Below the pieces are notes generated by a model. That model did no database searches, was not told where the DNA came from, and saw nothing but the letters and a program-made list of their open reading frames with translations. Made by a program: the position numbers and the translations under genes. Positions 1 to 9,162 of a stretch of DNA of 64,000 bases are shown here, one piece after another; the first letter of the stretch is position 1; each line of letters opens with the position of its first letter. Source of the stretch: Bacilli bacterium (GTDB lineage: Bacteria > Bacillota_I > Bacilli_A > RF39 > UBA660); contig JAQVKM010000003.1 of NCBI GenBank assembly GCA_028694645.1, positions 1,297 through 65,296 on the forward strand. The letters are read 5' to 3'.

Positions 1-164
1 GTACAAATAAGTTTATCAATATTTATTGATTGAATTTCTTTTAAGGCTTTTAAACTATCAGTTAATGTTTTAGCTCCATCATCAATATCAAATATAATAT
101 GATTATGGATATCTACTATTTTATTTGTTGTAGTTTGAATAGTAGTAGTCATATTTATATCCAT
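1..164 (-). CDS. Tyrosine-protein phosphatase, CpsB/YwqE (PHP) family; N-terminal fragment, gene continues beyond window start
   Basis: The reverse complement of 1-164 translates to MDINMTTTIQTTTNKIVDIHNHIIFDIDDGAKTLTDSLKALKEIQSINIDKLIC. The DIHNHI...DDG stretch is the metal-binding N-terminus of CpsB-type PHP phosphatases. ATG candidates lie at 164 or 152 and overlap the 3' end of the upstream kinase gene. The order kinase then phosphatase matches ywqD-ywqE-type loci. Confidence 0.6.
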   Translation of the reverse strand, partial: MDINMTTTIQTTTNKIVDIHNHIIFDIDDGAKTLTDSLKALKEIQSINIDKLIC

Positions 165-1563
165 ATAATTTCTTTTGTCTTTTTACATTAACTTTAGTTA
201 ATATTGCCCCTAAAATAAATGATTTAGTCGCTTTAAGTTCTTCAATACAACTTGCAGCTACTTGATAATCGATTCTTTCAGATTCAATAACATATACTGT
301 TCCATCACTTAAATGTGATACTAATACACCATCTGTTATTGAAGACACTGGTGGACAGTCTATTAAAACTAAATCATATTCTTCTTTAGCTGAAGCTATT
401 AAATTAGCAAATGATTTAGAATTTATTAATTCTGATGGATTTGAAACTTTTGATCCAGCTGTTAAAACATCTAATTTAATACCAGCATCTCTGTCTTCAA
501 ATGTTTGTACTGTTTCTTTTAGAGATTTAACTCCTTTTGATAATACAACATCTGATACCCCATCTTTTCTAAATAAACCAAAGTTTTTATGTATTTTTGG
601 TTTTCTTAAATCACAGTCAATTATTAAAACTTTTTTATCTAACATAGCAAAAGATAAAGCTAAATTTGATATAACTTCTGATTTACCTTCACTAGGTAAT
701 GTTGATAAAACATTAATAATTTTTAAATCTAAAAAATTTAAATTAGTTCTAATCATTCTTACTGATTCTGATACAACACTAGTTGGATCTGTAATAATTT
801 TTAAATCAGCTCCAATATGTGGATTTGTATATTTTTTTCTATTATCATTTTCTAAATCAATTGAATTATTTGGAATAACACCTAATGTTTTAATTTTTAA
901 ATATTTTTTTACATCATCATGATTTTTAATTTTATTGTCCATTGATTCAATAATAAAAGATAAAAGTAAACCAATTATAATACCAAGTCCAAGTCCCATG
1001 ATAGCATTTTTAACAATACTTGGTTCTAATGGTTCTTCACTTGCAATTGCTTCATCTACAACAGTTATATTGTTAATATTCATATCAGTTTTTATTTGTT
1101 CGATAAAAACAACAGCTATTTCATTAGCTATATTTTTTGATTGTTCTGAATATAGTGATTTTACTCTTATTGAAATCATTTCTGTATCTTCAATTGAAGA
1201 TATAGTCAACATTCCTAAAACCTCATTATTACTTAAATCTAATTTTAAATTTTCAATTACTTTTGATATTATTTTTCTACTTTTAATAATTTGCATATAT
1301 GTTTTAGCCATTCTTTGATTAGTTAAAATACCTTCATAAGTAATAGCACTTGAGTTTACTTGTGGTTCAATATATAAAGTTGTTTTACTTTCATATTCCA
1401 GTGGTAATGAATAGTTATAAAAAAATGCTCCACCTAATCCAATTATTGCAAATAAAAGTATTAATAAAAACCATTTAGATATAGTATTCATTATATATGA
1501 AAAATCTAATTGTTCCTCATTATTCATAAAAATTTCCCCCTTTTTATAGTTGATATTATACAT
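121..1563 (-). CDS. Fused polysaccharide co-polymerase (Wzz/CapA-like) and BY-type tyrosine protein kinase (CapB-like)
   Basis: The N-terminal half has two TM segments flanking a periplasmic-type chain-length-determinant domain. The C-terminal half is a P-loop ATPase with Walker A STLPSEGKSEV, a Walker A'/B LIIDCDLR...VLIDCPP, and a Tyr-rich tail YGYKYDYYYSNYNK typical of BY-kinases. Confidence 0.8.
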   Translation of the reverse strand: MYNINYKKGEIFMNNEEQLDFSYIMNTISKWFLLILLFAIIGLGGAFFYNYSLPLEYESKTTLYIEPQVNSSAITYEGILTNQRMAKTYMQIIKSRKIISKVIENLKLDLSNNEVLGMLTISSIEDTEMISIRVKSLYSEQSKNIANEIAVVFIEQIKTDMNINNITVVDEAIASEEPLEPSIVKNAIMGLGLGIIIGLLLSFIIESMDNKIKNHDDVKKYLKIKTLGVIPNNSIDLENDNRKKYTNPHIGADLKIITDPTSVVSESVRMIRTNLNFLDLKIINVLSTLPSEGKSEVISNLALSFAMLDKKVLIIDCDLRKPKIHKNFGLFRKDGVSDVVLSKGVKSLKETVQTFEDRDAGIKLDVLTAGSKVSNPSELINSKSFANLIASAKEEYDLVLIDCPPVSSITDGVLVSHLSDGTVYVIESERIDYQVAASCIEELKATKSFILGAILTKVNVKRQKKLYGYKYDYYYSNYNK

Positions 1564-1630
1564 AATATTTTTTATTTGTCAAGTTGAGTAAAAATTTGAT
1601 AGCGTAAAATAGTTTAGGGTGAGATAAAAA

Positions 1631-1660
1631 AAGAAAATCAATTTTCTTAGAATTTTCTAT
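1631..1660 (-). terminator. Rho-independent terminator-like hairpin followed by a T-run on the minus strand, overlapping the stop of the HD-domain gene
   Basis: The minus strand reads aagaaaattgattttctt followed by tttttatct. Confidence 0.4.
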
Positions 1661-2789
1661 TGAATTGATCTTCATTTTTTTTATTATAATTATCTATATC
1701 ATATTCACAAATACTTTTAATTATCAATGTTCTTTCTTTTGATAAGTCAATAATTTTATTATCAGATAATAATTTTATTTTTGGTCTATCTAATAATTCA
1801 TCATTAATATCTATTACTTTAGCTATTTGACCATTTGATAATTCAATTGTTGCACCGATTGGATATAATGGAACATTAGACATAAACCAATTAGTTAAAT
1901 CTAAATCAAGTTTGCCATTGTTTTTCATGTAATTCATTATTTCAATTATATTTGATGGTATGATATGATTTTTAATAACTTTACTTATTAGCATTTCATA
2001 CATATCACATATATGAATTATTTTAGCCATAATGACACCAGCAGAATTAGAACTAAAGAATTTCTTATTAACTTTTAATGGACCATTTGATAATTCATCT
2101 TCTGACTGTAATAAAATAGCTAATTTTATAGTTGGGTTTATTCTTGTTGCTTCTGTTAATACTGAAAATGAATATACTGGTAACATATTTGGATTATACT
2201 CATCAAAACATTCATCATAAAATCCTGGAAAGTTATCTGTATTAAAAAAAGAAGTTTCTTTCATTGTTTCTTTAACATTTTGTAAAGTTTGTGGGTCCCT
2301 ACATAATAATCCTATTTCGTGTAATAATGAAGCAGTAGCTAATTCATCTAAATCTATTTCATTTTTGAAAGAAGCTTTTTTGTTATAAACTTTACCTAAA
2401 GCTACAGCAAAACAAGTGACATCCATAGCATGTTGATATGAATCAGATTCTTGAAGTGCATATTTAGATAAATCATATGATAAATATTTAGTACTTTTTA
2501 CAGCTGTTACTATTTTTTGAGCATTCTCAATTATTCCTTGAATATCAAAGTTTTTTACAGATTGCATAGCAAGTTCTTGAATTTCATCATTAACTGTTTC
2601 TTCTACATCTTTTTTAAATTTAATTTTTATATATTGTATTCCTTTTTGTTTTACTTTTCCTATTTGATATTCTGTTATTTCACGATTTGCGTAAACCATT
2701 GGTAAATTTTCTTCTTCTTTTTGATATATATTTTCAGCAACTACCATACCCGGTTTTACTTTATCAATTGAAATTATCATATTTATCAC
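1647..2789 (-). CDS. HD-domain protein, HD-GYP-like with degenerate signature motifs
   Basis: It has an HD-type helical core with QHAMDVTCFAVALG and LLHEIGLL (E in place of the D of the HD dyad), and later HICDMYEML. I could not find a clean HHExxDGxGYP motif, and there is no TM segment. Confidence 0.5.
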   Translation of the reverse strand: MINMIISIDKVKPGMVVAENIYQKEEENLPMVYANREITEYQIGKVKQKGIQYIKIKFKKDVEETVNDEIQELAMQSVKNFDIQGIIENAQKIVTAVKSTKYLSYDLSKYALQESDSYQHAMDVTCFAVALGKVYNKKASFKNEIDLDELATASLLHEIGLLCRDPQTLQNVKETMKETSFFNTDNFPGFYDECFDEYNPNMLPVYSFSVLTEATRINPTIKLAILLQSEDELSNGPLKVNKKFFSSNSAGVIMAKIIHICDMYEMLISKVIKNHIIPSNIIEIMNYMKNNGKLDLDLTNWFMSNVPLYPIGATIELSNGQIAKVIDINDELLDRPKIKLLSDNKIIDLSKERTLIIKSICEYDIDNYNKKNEDQFNRKF

Positions 2790-2809
2790 CTTTTTTATTT
2801 ACTTCCTAT

Positions 2810-2845
2810 AATTATATAATATTACAAGCCTTTTTTGTTGTCAAT
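2810..2845 (-). promoter_or_regulatory. Sigma-A-like promoter for the HD-domain gene
   Basis: The minus strand shows TTGACA (2844-2839), a 17-nt spacer, and TATTAT (2821-2816), about 27 nt upstream of the ATG at 2789. Confidence 0.4.
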
Positions 2846-2862
2846 TAATTTTACATATATAT

Positions 2863-2891
2863 ACAAAAATAGAAGCTTATTTTGCCTCTAT
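2863..2891 (-). terminator. Terminator hairpin overlapping the serS stop codon
   Basis: The minus strand reads tagaggc-aaaataa-gcttcta followed by ttttt. Confidence 0.4.
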
Positions 2892-4160
2892 TTTTTTTAT
2901 TCCACCCATATAAGGTTGTAAAGATGAAGGAATATTTATACTTCCATCCTCATTATAATTATTTTCGATAAATGCTATTAAACCACGAGGTGTAGCTAAA
3001 ACAGTATTGTTTAATGTACTTAAATAATAAGTTTTATCGTCTCCTTTAGCTCTAATACCTAGTCTTCTAGCTTGGGCATCACCTAATGTTGAACAAGATC
3101 CAACTTCAAAATATTTTTGTTGTCTTGGACTCCAAGCTTCAATATCACAAGATTTAACTTTTAAATCAGCTAAATCTCCAGAACAACATTCAAGTGTTCT
3201 AACTGGAATATCTAGGCTTCTAAAAAAATCAACTGTATACTGCCACATTTTATTATACCAATTCATTGCTTCTTCTTGTTTACATAATACTACCATTTCT
3301 TGTTTTTCAAATTGATGAACACGATATATTCCTCTTTCTTCAATACCATGTGCTCCTACTTCTTTTCTAAAGCAAGGAGAATATGATGTTAATGTAATTG
3401 GTAGTTTTTTTTCATCTACTATTTGATTTTGAAATTTACCAATCATAGAGTGTTCACTTGTTCCAATTAAATATAAATCTTCATTTTCAATTTTATACAT
3501 CATAGCATCCATTTCTTCAAATGACATTACGCCTGTTACAACATCACTTCTAATCATAAATGGTGGTAGACAATAAGTAAAACCTTTATTTATCATGAAA
3601 TCTCTTGCATAAGATAACATAGCTGAATGAAGTCTAGCTATATCACCCATCAAATAATAAAATCCATTTCCACTCGTTCTTCCAGCTGCTTCTTTATCTA
3701 GTCCACTTAATTTTTCTATAATATCAGCATGATAAGGAATTTCATAGTTAGGAACTATTGGTTCTCCAAATTTTTCTATTTCAACATTTTCTTCATCATT
3801 TTTTCCTATTGGAACAGTTTCATCTATAATATTTGGAATAGTCATCATTTTTGTTTTTATTTTTTTAGTTAATTCTTCTTCTAGTTTTTCTAATTCTTCT
3901 AATTCTTTATTATAAGATATTATTTCTTGTTTAATTTCTTCAACTTCTTCTTTTTTACCTTCACGCATTAAATTACCAATTAAAGAACTTTTACTATTTT
4001 TAAGTGCTCTTAAATTATCACCTTTTTGTTTGGCATTTCTAAATTCAATATCTAAATTTTCAATTTCGTCTACTATTGCTAATTTTTGATGTTGAAATTT
4101 TTTTTCTATATTTTTTTTAACTAAGTCTTTATTTTCTCTTATTAATTTTATATCTATCAT
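2877..4160 (-). CDS. serS: Seryl-tRNA synthetase
   Basis: A 427-aa class II aaRS with the N-terminal coiled-coil arm (MIDIKLIRENKDLVKKN...) and catalytic core motifs (FRKEVGAHGIEERGIYRVHQFEKQEMV, GSCSTLGDAQARRLGIR). A T-box leader lies immediately upstream. Confidence 0.95.
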   Translation of the reverse strand: MIDIKLIRENKDLVKKNIEKKFQHQKLAIVDEIENLDIEFRNAKQKGDNLRALKNSKSSLIGNLMREGKKEEVEEIKQEIISYNKELEELEKLEEELTKKIKTKMMTIPNIIDETVPIGKNDEENVEIEKFGEPIVPNYEIPYHADIIEKLSGLDKEAAGRTSGNGFYYLMGDIARLHSAMLSYARDFMINKGFTYCLPPFMIRSDVVTGVMSFEEMDAMMYKIENEDLYLIGTSEHSMIGKFQNQIVDEKKLPITLTSYSPCFRKEVGAHGIEERGIYRVHQFEKQEMVVLCKQEEAMNWYNKMWQYTVDFFRSLDIPVRTLECCSGDLADLKVKSCDIEAWSPRQQKYFEVGSCSTLGDAQARRLGIRAKGDDKTYYLSTLNNTVLATPRGLIAFIENNYNEDGSINIPSSLQPYMGGIKKIEAK

Positions 4161-4171
4161 AATATTCTCCT

Positions 4172-4380
4172 TCTTTTTAAAATAAAAAGACTAAATATAG
4201 GAGCATTTATTGCGGTACCATCCTAATTTAGTCTTAATTTAGATAACGGTTTTACCCGGAAATGATTAATTTCTCTTGAAAGTAGATTCATAAATTATTT
4301 ATTGTTAGTTTTCATCAACCACTAACTTTCTATAAATAAATTAATTTATTACTAGTCTTTCATCAACGATTTACAAAATA
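4172..4380 (-). promoter_or_regulatory. T-box riboswitch leader controlling serS
   Basis: The minus strand contains AAATTAGGATGGTACCGC (plus 4211-4228), matching the T-box consensus AAUUAGGGUGGUACCGCG. It is followed by a terminator hairpin (AAGACTAAAT...ATTTAGTCTT) and a TTTTTATTTT run that ends about 15 nt before the serS RBS GAAGGAG. Stem-I-like GTTGATGA...AGAAAG elements lie upstream. Confidence 0.85.
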
Positions 4381-4409
4381 ATTTTAACATTTATCTTGAG
4401 CAGTGTCAA
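4381..4409 (-). promoter_or_regulatory. Sigma-A-like promoter driving the serS T-box leader
   Basis: The minus strand shows TTGACA (4409-4404), a 16-17 nt spacer, and TTAAAAT (4387-4381). It overlaps the 3' end of the CDF transporter gene. Confidence 0.45.
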
Positions 4410-5295
4410 TTGTTTTTTCTTCTGGACACATATGAATAATAATATATGAAATTTTTTTATCATATATTTTTATGTTATGTTCTATTTTATCTATTTCTTG
4501 ATGTGCTTTTGTTAAATCTATATTTCCACTCATTAAAACATCAGCTGTTAATTTATAGTAAGGTCCATATTTTAAAATAATTAAATTATTTACACTATAT
4601 ACGTTTTCACTATTTAATATAATATTTTTAATATCATTATTATATTTATCATCACAATTAGATTCTCCTAAAATATAGCTTATATTATCTTTAATTATTT
4701 TCATTCCTATTTTAATTATAAATAAAGCTATTAAAATACCAGCAAATTTATCTATATATTTAATAAAATAATATTGATGATCAAATTGAGATAAAAGAGA
4801 AGAAAATAAAACTATTATAGATGTAATAACATCTGTTTTACTTTCTTGTCCACTTGCTATTATAATAGTATTATTCATTTTATTACCTCTATTAATTAAA
4901 TAACTAGCTAAAATAAATTTACTAATAATTGTAAATATTGTAACATATAAAACAATAATACTAGGATTTAAGTTTTTTGTTTCGCCTAAATTTTTAATAA
5001 CTCCTAATCCTAATAAAACGATTATAATTCCAATTATAAAACTTGTTATATATTCTATTTTACCATGTCCATAAGGGTGTTTTATATCAGCTGGTTTTTT
5101 AGACATGATATTTCCTATAATAGCTATAACATCGGTTGTTAAATCACTAAAAGAATGAATTCCATCAACTATTATAGCATTAGATTTACCAATAATGCCT
5201 GTTATTATTTTAATAGAGCTTAAACATAAATTTGTAAAAAAACTGACAAGCATTGTTTTTGTTTCTTTATGCATATTTATTTGGCTTGATACCAA
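4384..5295 (-). CDS. Cation diffusion facilitator (CDF) family metal efflux transporter
   Basis: Six TM helices, an HSFSDL motif in TM2, an HPYGHGKIE loop, and a C-terminal cytoplasmic domain. The true start is probably the internal Met (MHKETKTMLVSFF, near 5274), because the first 19 nt overlap polA. Confidence 0.8.
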   Translation of the reverse strand: MVSSQINMHKETKTMLVSFFTNLCLSSIKIITGIIGKSNAIIVDGIHSFSDLTTDVIAIIGNIMSKKPADIKHPYGHGKIEYITSFIIGIIIVLLGLGVIKNLGETKNLNPSIIVLYVTIFTIISKFILASYLINRGNKMNNTIIIASGQESKTDVITSIIVLFSSLLSQFDHQYYFIKYIDKFAGILIALFIIKIGMKIIKDNISYILGESNCDDKYNNDIKNIILNSENVYSVNNLIILKYGPYYKLTADVLMSGNIDLTKAHQEIDKIEHNIKIYDKKISYIIIHMCPEEKTIDTAQDKC

Positions 5296-7874
5296 TTATC
5301 CCCCCAATTCATATCAACTTTTAAAGGAACATTTAAATCTAAAACATTTTCCATACAATTTGTTACTATTTCAATTACTTTATCTTTTTCTTGTTTTAAG
5401 CAATCAAATATTAATTCATCGTGAACTTGTAAAATCATTTTGGATTTAATATTTTGGTTTGTAAATTCTTTATCAATATCGATCATTGCTTTTTTAATAA
5501 TATCAGCACTAGTTCCTTGAATAGGCGTATTAAGTGCAATTCTTTCACCACTTGATCTAATAAATCTATTTTTATTACTTAGTTCTGGGATAACTCTTTT
5601 TCTGTTCATTAATGTTGTAACATATCCATTTTTATAAGCTTCTTTTATAACATCATCCATATATTCTTTTATTCCTGGATAGCTTTCTAAGTATCTGTCA
5701 ATAAATTCCTTAGCTTCATTTGGACTTACACCGATATTTTCAGATAAACCAAAACTACTAATACCATATATTATTCCAAAATTAACAGCTTTAGCTATTC
5801 TTCTCATAGAAGAATTAACTTCTTCTATTTTCACTTTAAATATATCTGATGCTGTTTTAGTATGAATGTCAATTCCTTGTTTAAAAGCTTCTATTAATGA
5901 TGTAACATTAGCCATATGTGATAAAATACGTAATTCTATTTGTGAATAATCACCACTTAATATAACTGAATCAGGACTTGGAATAAAGGCTTTTCTAAGT
6001 AATCTCCCATATTCATATCTAATTGGAATATTTTGTAAATTAGGCTCAATTGAAGATAATCTTCCTGTTCTAGTTAATGTTTGTGTATAAATAGTATGAA
6101 TTTTATTATCACTCATTATCATGTTTTTTAATCCTTCAACATATGTTGTATATAATTTAGTAAGCATTCGATATTCTATTATTTTATCAATAACAGGATG
6201 TTCAAATCTTATTTTTTCTAAAACATCTATTGATGTAGAATATCCACTTTTTGTTTTTTTACCATGTTTTAAATTTAGTTTTTCAAACAATATCTCACCT
6301 AATTGTTTTGGAGAAGATATATTAAATTTTTCATCTGTTAATTCAAATATTTCATTTTCTATTATTTCGAATCTTTCTTTTATTTCTATTCCCCTTTTAT
6401 TAATTTCATTTATATCTAAATTAATTCCATTTAATTCCATATTACCAAGTACTTTAGCTAGAGGCATTTCTATTTCATAAAATAATTTATCTAATTTTTG
6501 ATCTTGTAGTTTTTGTTCAAACATCTTTTGTGTTTCATAAATAAATTTTGCTTTTAAAATACAAGAATAAGCTGTTACCTGTAGATCTTTTTCTTCATAT
6601 ATTTCTTTAGTTTTAAGTAATTTGTATGTATCATCATAAAAAGGAATATCATATTCAAATGTATTAGCTAAATAAGATATATCATCTTTAATATTATAAT
6701 CTAGTAGATATGCTGCAATCATAGTATCAAATGTAATAGAGTTTATTTCAATATTATGCCATTTTAATGCAACATATAGTTTTTTTAAATCATAAGTATA
6801 TTTTATATTATTATTTAATACATTAAGATTTTGTTTTAATATATCAAAAGGAATATATATACTTTCATGTTCATTATATATAGCCACTCCTAGTATTTTA
6901 GAATTATGATAATTTGTTCCTAATATTTCTAAATAAATACTTGATATACTAGTTATATTAACATCTTTAATGTCTGTTATTATTTTGTATTCTTCTGTTT
7001 TCTTAGGAAGTTCTTTTTCTTCTTTCCTTAGAAATGAATAAAACTCTAACTCTTCATATAATTTATTTAATTTTTCATTGTCCTTTTTATTATATTTAAT
7101 ATCTTCTAAATTAATTTCTAAAGGTACTTTTTTATATATTGTAGCTAAATCATAACTCATATAAGCATTATCTTTATCAGCTATTAATTTTTCTTGTAAT
7201 TTAGGAGTTAATTTATTTATATTTTCATAAACACCATCTAATGATTTATAATCTTGTAATAATTTTAATGCTGTTTTTTCTCCTATCCCTTTTACACCAG
7301 GAATATTATCTGAAGAATCTCCCATTAAAGCTTTTAAATCTACTATTTTATCTGGAGTCATATTATATTCTTTAATAAAACTATTTAAATCATATCTAAT
7401 ATAATCTTTTGATTTTAATAATTTGATTTCAACATCTCTTGAAATAAGTTGTAATAAATCTTTATCGCTACTAACAATCAACCCTTGATAATCATCATCA
7501 TTGTTACAATATTCTGCAAATGTTCCTATAATATCATCTGCCTCATAATTATCTGTTTCATAATATTTTATTCCCATATATGTTAATAGTTCCTTAGCTT
7601 TTGGAAATTGTATTTTTAATTCTTCGGGGGTTTCTTCTCTTCCACCTTTATAATTTTCATATTTATCATGTCTAAAAGTTTTTCCTTTATCAAAAGCAAC
7701 CATTATATAAACAGGTTTTTCTTCTAAGATTATTTTATTAATCATATTATTAAACCCAAATAAACCATTAGTTGGGAATCCTTTGCTGTTTTTCATAAAA
7801 TTACCATTATAAGCTGTCGCAAAATAACTTCTATATAATAAATTATTTCCATCTATTAAAACTATTTTATTCAT
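5277..7874 (-). CDS. polA: DNA polymerase I
   Basis: An 865-aa protein. It has an N-terminal 5'-3' exonuclease/FEN domain (LIDGNNLLYRSYFA...GIGEKTA) and a C-terminal family-A polymerase with motif A (DYSQIELRILSHM) and motif C (QVHDELIF). Confidence 0.95.
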   Translation of the reverse strand: MNKIVLIDGNNLLYRSYFATAYNGNFMKNSKGFPTNGLFGFNNMINKIILEEKPVYIMVAFDKGKTFRHDKYENYKGGREETPEELKIQFPKAKELLTYMGIKYYETDNYEADDIIGTFAEYCNNDDDYQGLIVSSDKDLLQLISRDVEIKLLKSKDYIRYDLNSFIKEYNMTPDKIVDLKALMGDSSDNIPGVKGIGEKTALKLLQDYKSLDGVYENINKLTPKLQEKLIADKDNAYMSYDLATIYKKVPLEINLEDIKYNKKDNEKLNKLYEELEFYSFLRKEEKELPKKTEEYKIITDIKDVNITSISSIYLEILGTNYHNSKILGVAIYNEHESIYIPFDILKQNLNVLNNNIKYTYDLKKLYVALKWHNIEINSITFDTMIAAYLLDYNIKDDISYLANTFEYDIPFYDDTYKLLKTKEIYEEKDLQVTAYSCILKAKFIYETQKMFEQKLQDQKLDKLFYEIEMPLAKVLGNMELNGINLDINEINKRGIEIKERFEIIENEIFELTDEKFNISSPKQLGEILFEKLNLKHGKKTKSGYSTSIDVLEKIRFEHPVIDKIIEYRMLTKLYTTYVEGLKNMIMSDNKIHTIYTQTLTRTGRLSSIEPNLQNIPIRYEYGRLLRKAFIPSPDSVILSGDYSQIELRILSHMANVTSLIEAFKQGIDIHTKTASDIFKVKIEEVNSSMRRIAKAVNFGIIYGISSFGLSENIGVSPNEAKEFIDRYLESYPGIKEYMDDVIKEAYKNGYVTTLMNRKRVIPELSNKNRFIRSSGERIALNTPIQGTSADIIKKAMIDIDKEFTNQNIKSKMILQVHDELIFDCLKQEKDKVIEIVTNCMENVLDLNVPLKVDMNWGDNWYQAK

Positions 7875-7954
7875 AATATCACTCTTCTCTTTATAATAAT
7901 TATAACATAATAATTAAAAAAATACCTTTGTTAAAGCATTTTTTATATTATATT

Positions 7955-8977
7955 TTAATCAATTTTAACCGCTGATAATATACAAGTATATGCTTCTGCA
8001 TGTCCATCGCCAGTTGCTCCAGCGGTGTATGTTGCATTAAAGGTTTGAGATTCGGTTATTTTTACTAAACCAGCATCTACTTTATAATAATAAGTATCAT
8101 TAGTATAAATTCTTGATGCTGCCCAACTTGTTTCTAAAGAACTCCATAATCCATATGTTACCGCTGATAAATTACGAAAATTATTAATAGAAGCTGATAC
8201 CCAATATGTTCCTTGGTCTAATGTCAAACTTAAAGTTGTACTTGAAGTTACTTTATATGATTGAACCAAAATTGTCTCTACATAACCGGCATTACTCATT
8301 GTACCTTCACTTTTTGCTAAATTATATACATTATTTGTACTAATTGTTCCACCACTATAATATCCCGGTTCTATTATTTTTGTCTCATTAGTTAGTGGAT
8401 TCCAATTTAATATTCCATTATTTTCCATTGTTCCAATTATTTGTTGGCCTTGAACTACTGCTGTTTTATTCACCAATATATCAGAAGTTATAGCATCACC
8501 TTTTTCTATTAATGAATCATATTTTTCTTTTAATTCATTATATACATTTAAAGATACTACCTCGTCAATATAGTATTCATCATTTGTTGTATTACAGCTA
8601 CCCATGCTTGATGTCACTTTTGTATCTGTTGCATTCTTAATAGCTGCATTTTTTCCATTCTCTATACAAATAGATATTTTCCCATCTGAATATATTTTCA
8701 CTTTTCCACTATCAATTATTCCTTTATAACTTAATTTTTCATCATCATTTACACAACCGTTTTTGTCACATGTAAATTCAATTGTATCTAATCCATTTTG
8801 AATATTACTTGAATAATAAAAATTACCACTTTCAATTATTCCATAAGCACTATCTTCTAGAGCTCCTAATTTAGTTTTTTCTATTATATTCATTATCATA
8901 GGTACTGATATTAAAGCTATAACAGCTAGTATTACAATTACCGCTAATAATTCAATTAATGTAAATCCTTTTTTCAT
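7955..8977 (-). CDS. Type IV pilin-like / pseudopilin protein with a prepilin-type N-terminal signal (340 aa)
   Basis: The N-terminus is MKKGFTLIELLAVIVILAVIALISVP, a class III signal (G-F-T-L-I-E) followed by a hydrophobic helix. The large Ser/Thr/Asn/Gly-rich C-terminal domain is unassigned. I saw no pilus assembly genes in the window. Confidence 0.6.
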   Translation of the reverse strand: MKKGFTLIELLAVIVILAVIALISVPMIMNIIEKTKLGALEDSAYGIIESGNFYYSSNIQNGLDTIEFTCDKNGCVNDDEKLSYKGIIDSGKVKIYSDGKISICIENGKNAAIKNATDTKVTSSMGSCNTTNDEYYIDEVVSLNVYNELKEKYDSLIEKGDAITSDILVNKTAVVQGQQIIGTMENNGILNWNPLTNETKIIEPGYYSGGTISTNNVYNLAKSEGTMSNAGYVETILVQSYKVTSSTTLSLTLDQGTYWVSASINNFRNLSAVTYGLWSSLETSWAASRIYTNDTYYYKVDAGLVKITESQTFNATYTAGATGDGHAEAYTCILSAVKID

Positions 8978-9162
8978 TTTACACTCCCTTTTACTATATA
9001 TAGTATATCATAAGATATTTCAACTGTACACTTTAAACTAGCTAATTTTTTTAAACTACACAATTAAACTAAAAATAGAAATATTCCTATTAATTCAAAT
9101 AAAAAAATAATAAATTTATTATTTTTTTTATTTATGTTAAAATTAATTATAGGAGGTGTTCT

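Noticed and set aside
935-1318. Plus-strand ORFs antisense to long minus-strand genes. The track lists them at 935-1318, 2032-2220, 6121-6480, 15995-16333, 16862-17164, 23712-23933, 24723-25253, 29169-29504, 33951-34746, 38505-38726, 43269-43568, 54879-55694 and 61151-61738.
   Set aside because: They are shadow ORFs in AT-rich DNA. Their translations are low-complexity (Ser/Ile/Leu/Phe-rich). They have no RBS and lie wholly inside well-supported genes on the other strand.
5277-5295. An apparent 19-nt overlap between polA and the CDF transporter that could suggest a frameshift or fusion.
   Set aside because: It is more simply explained by the CDF gene starting at the internal Met (about 5274). 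Both proteins are full-length with intact motifs.
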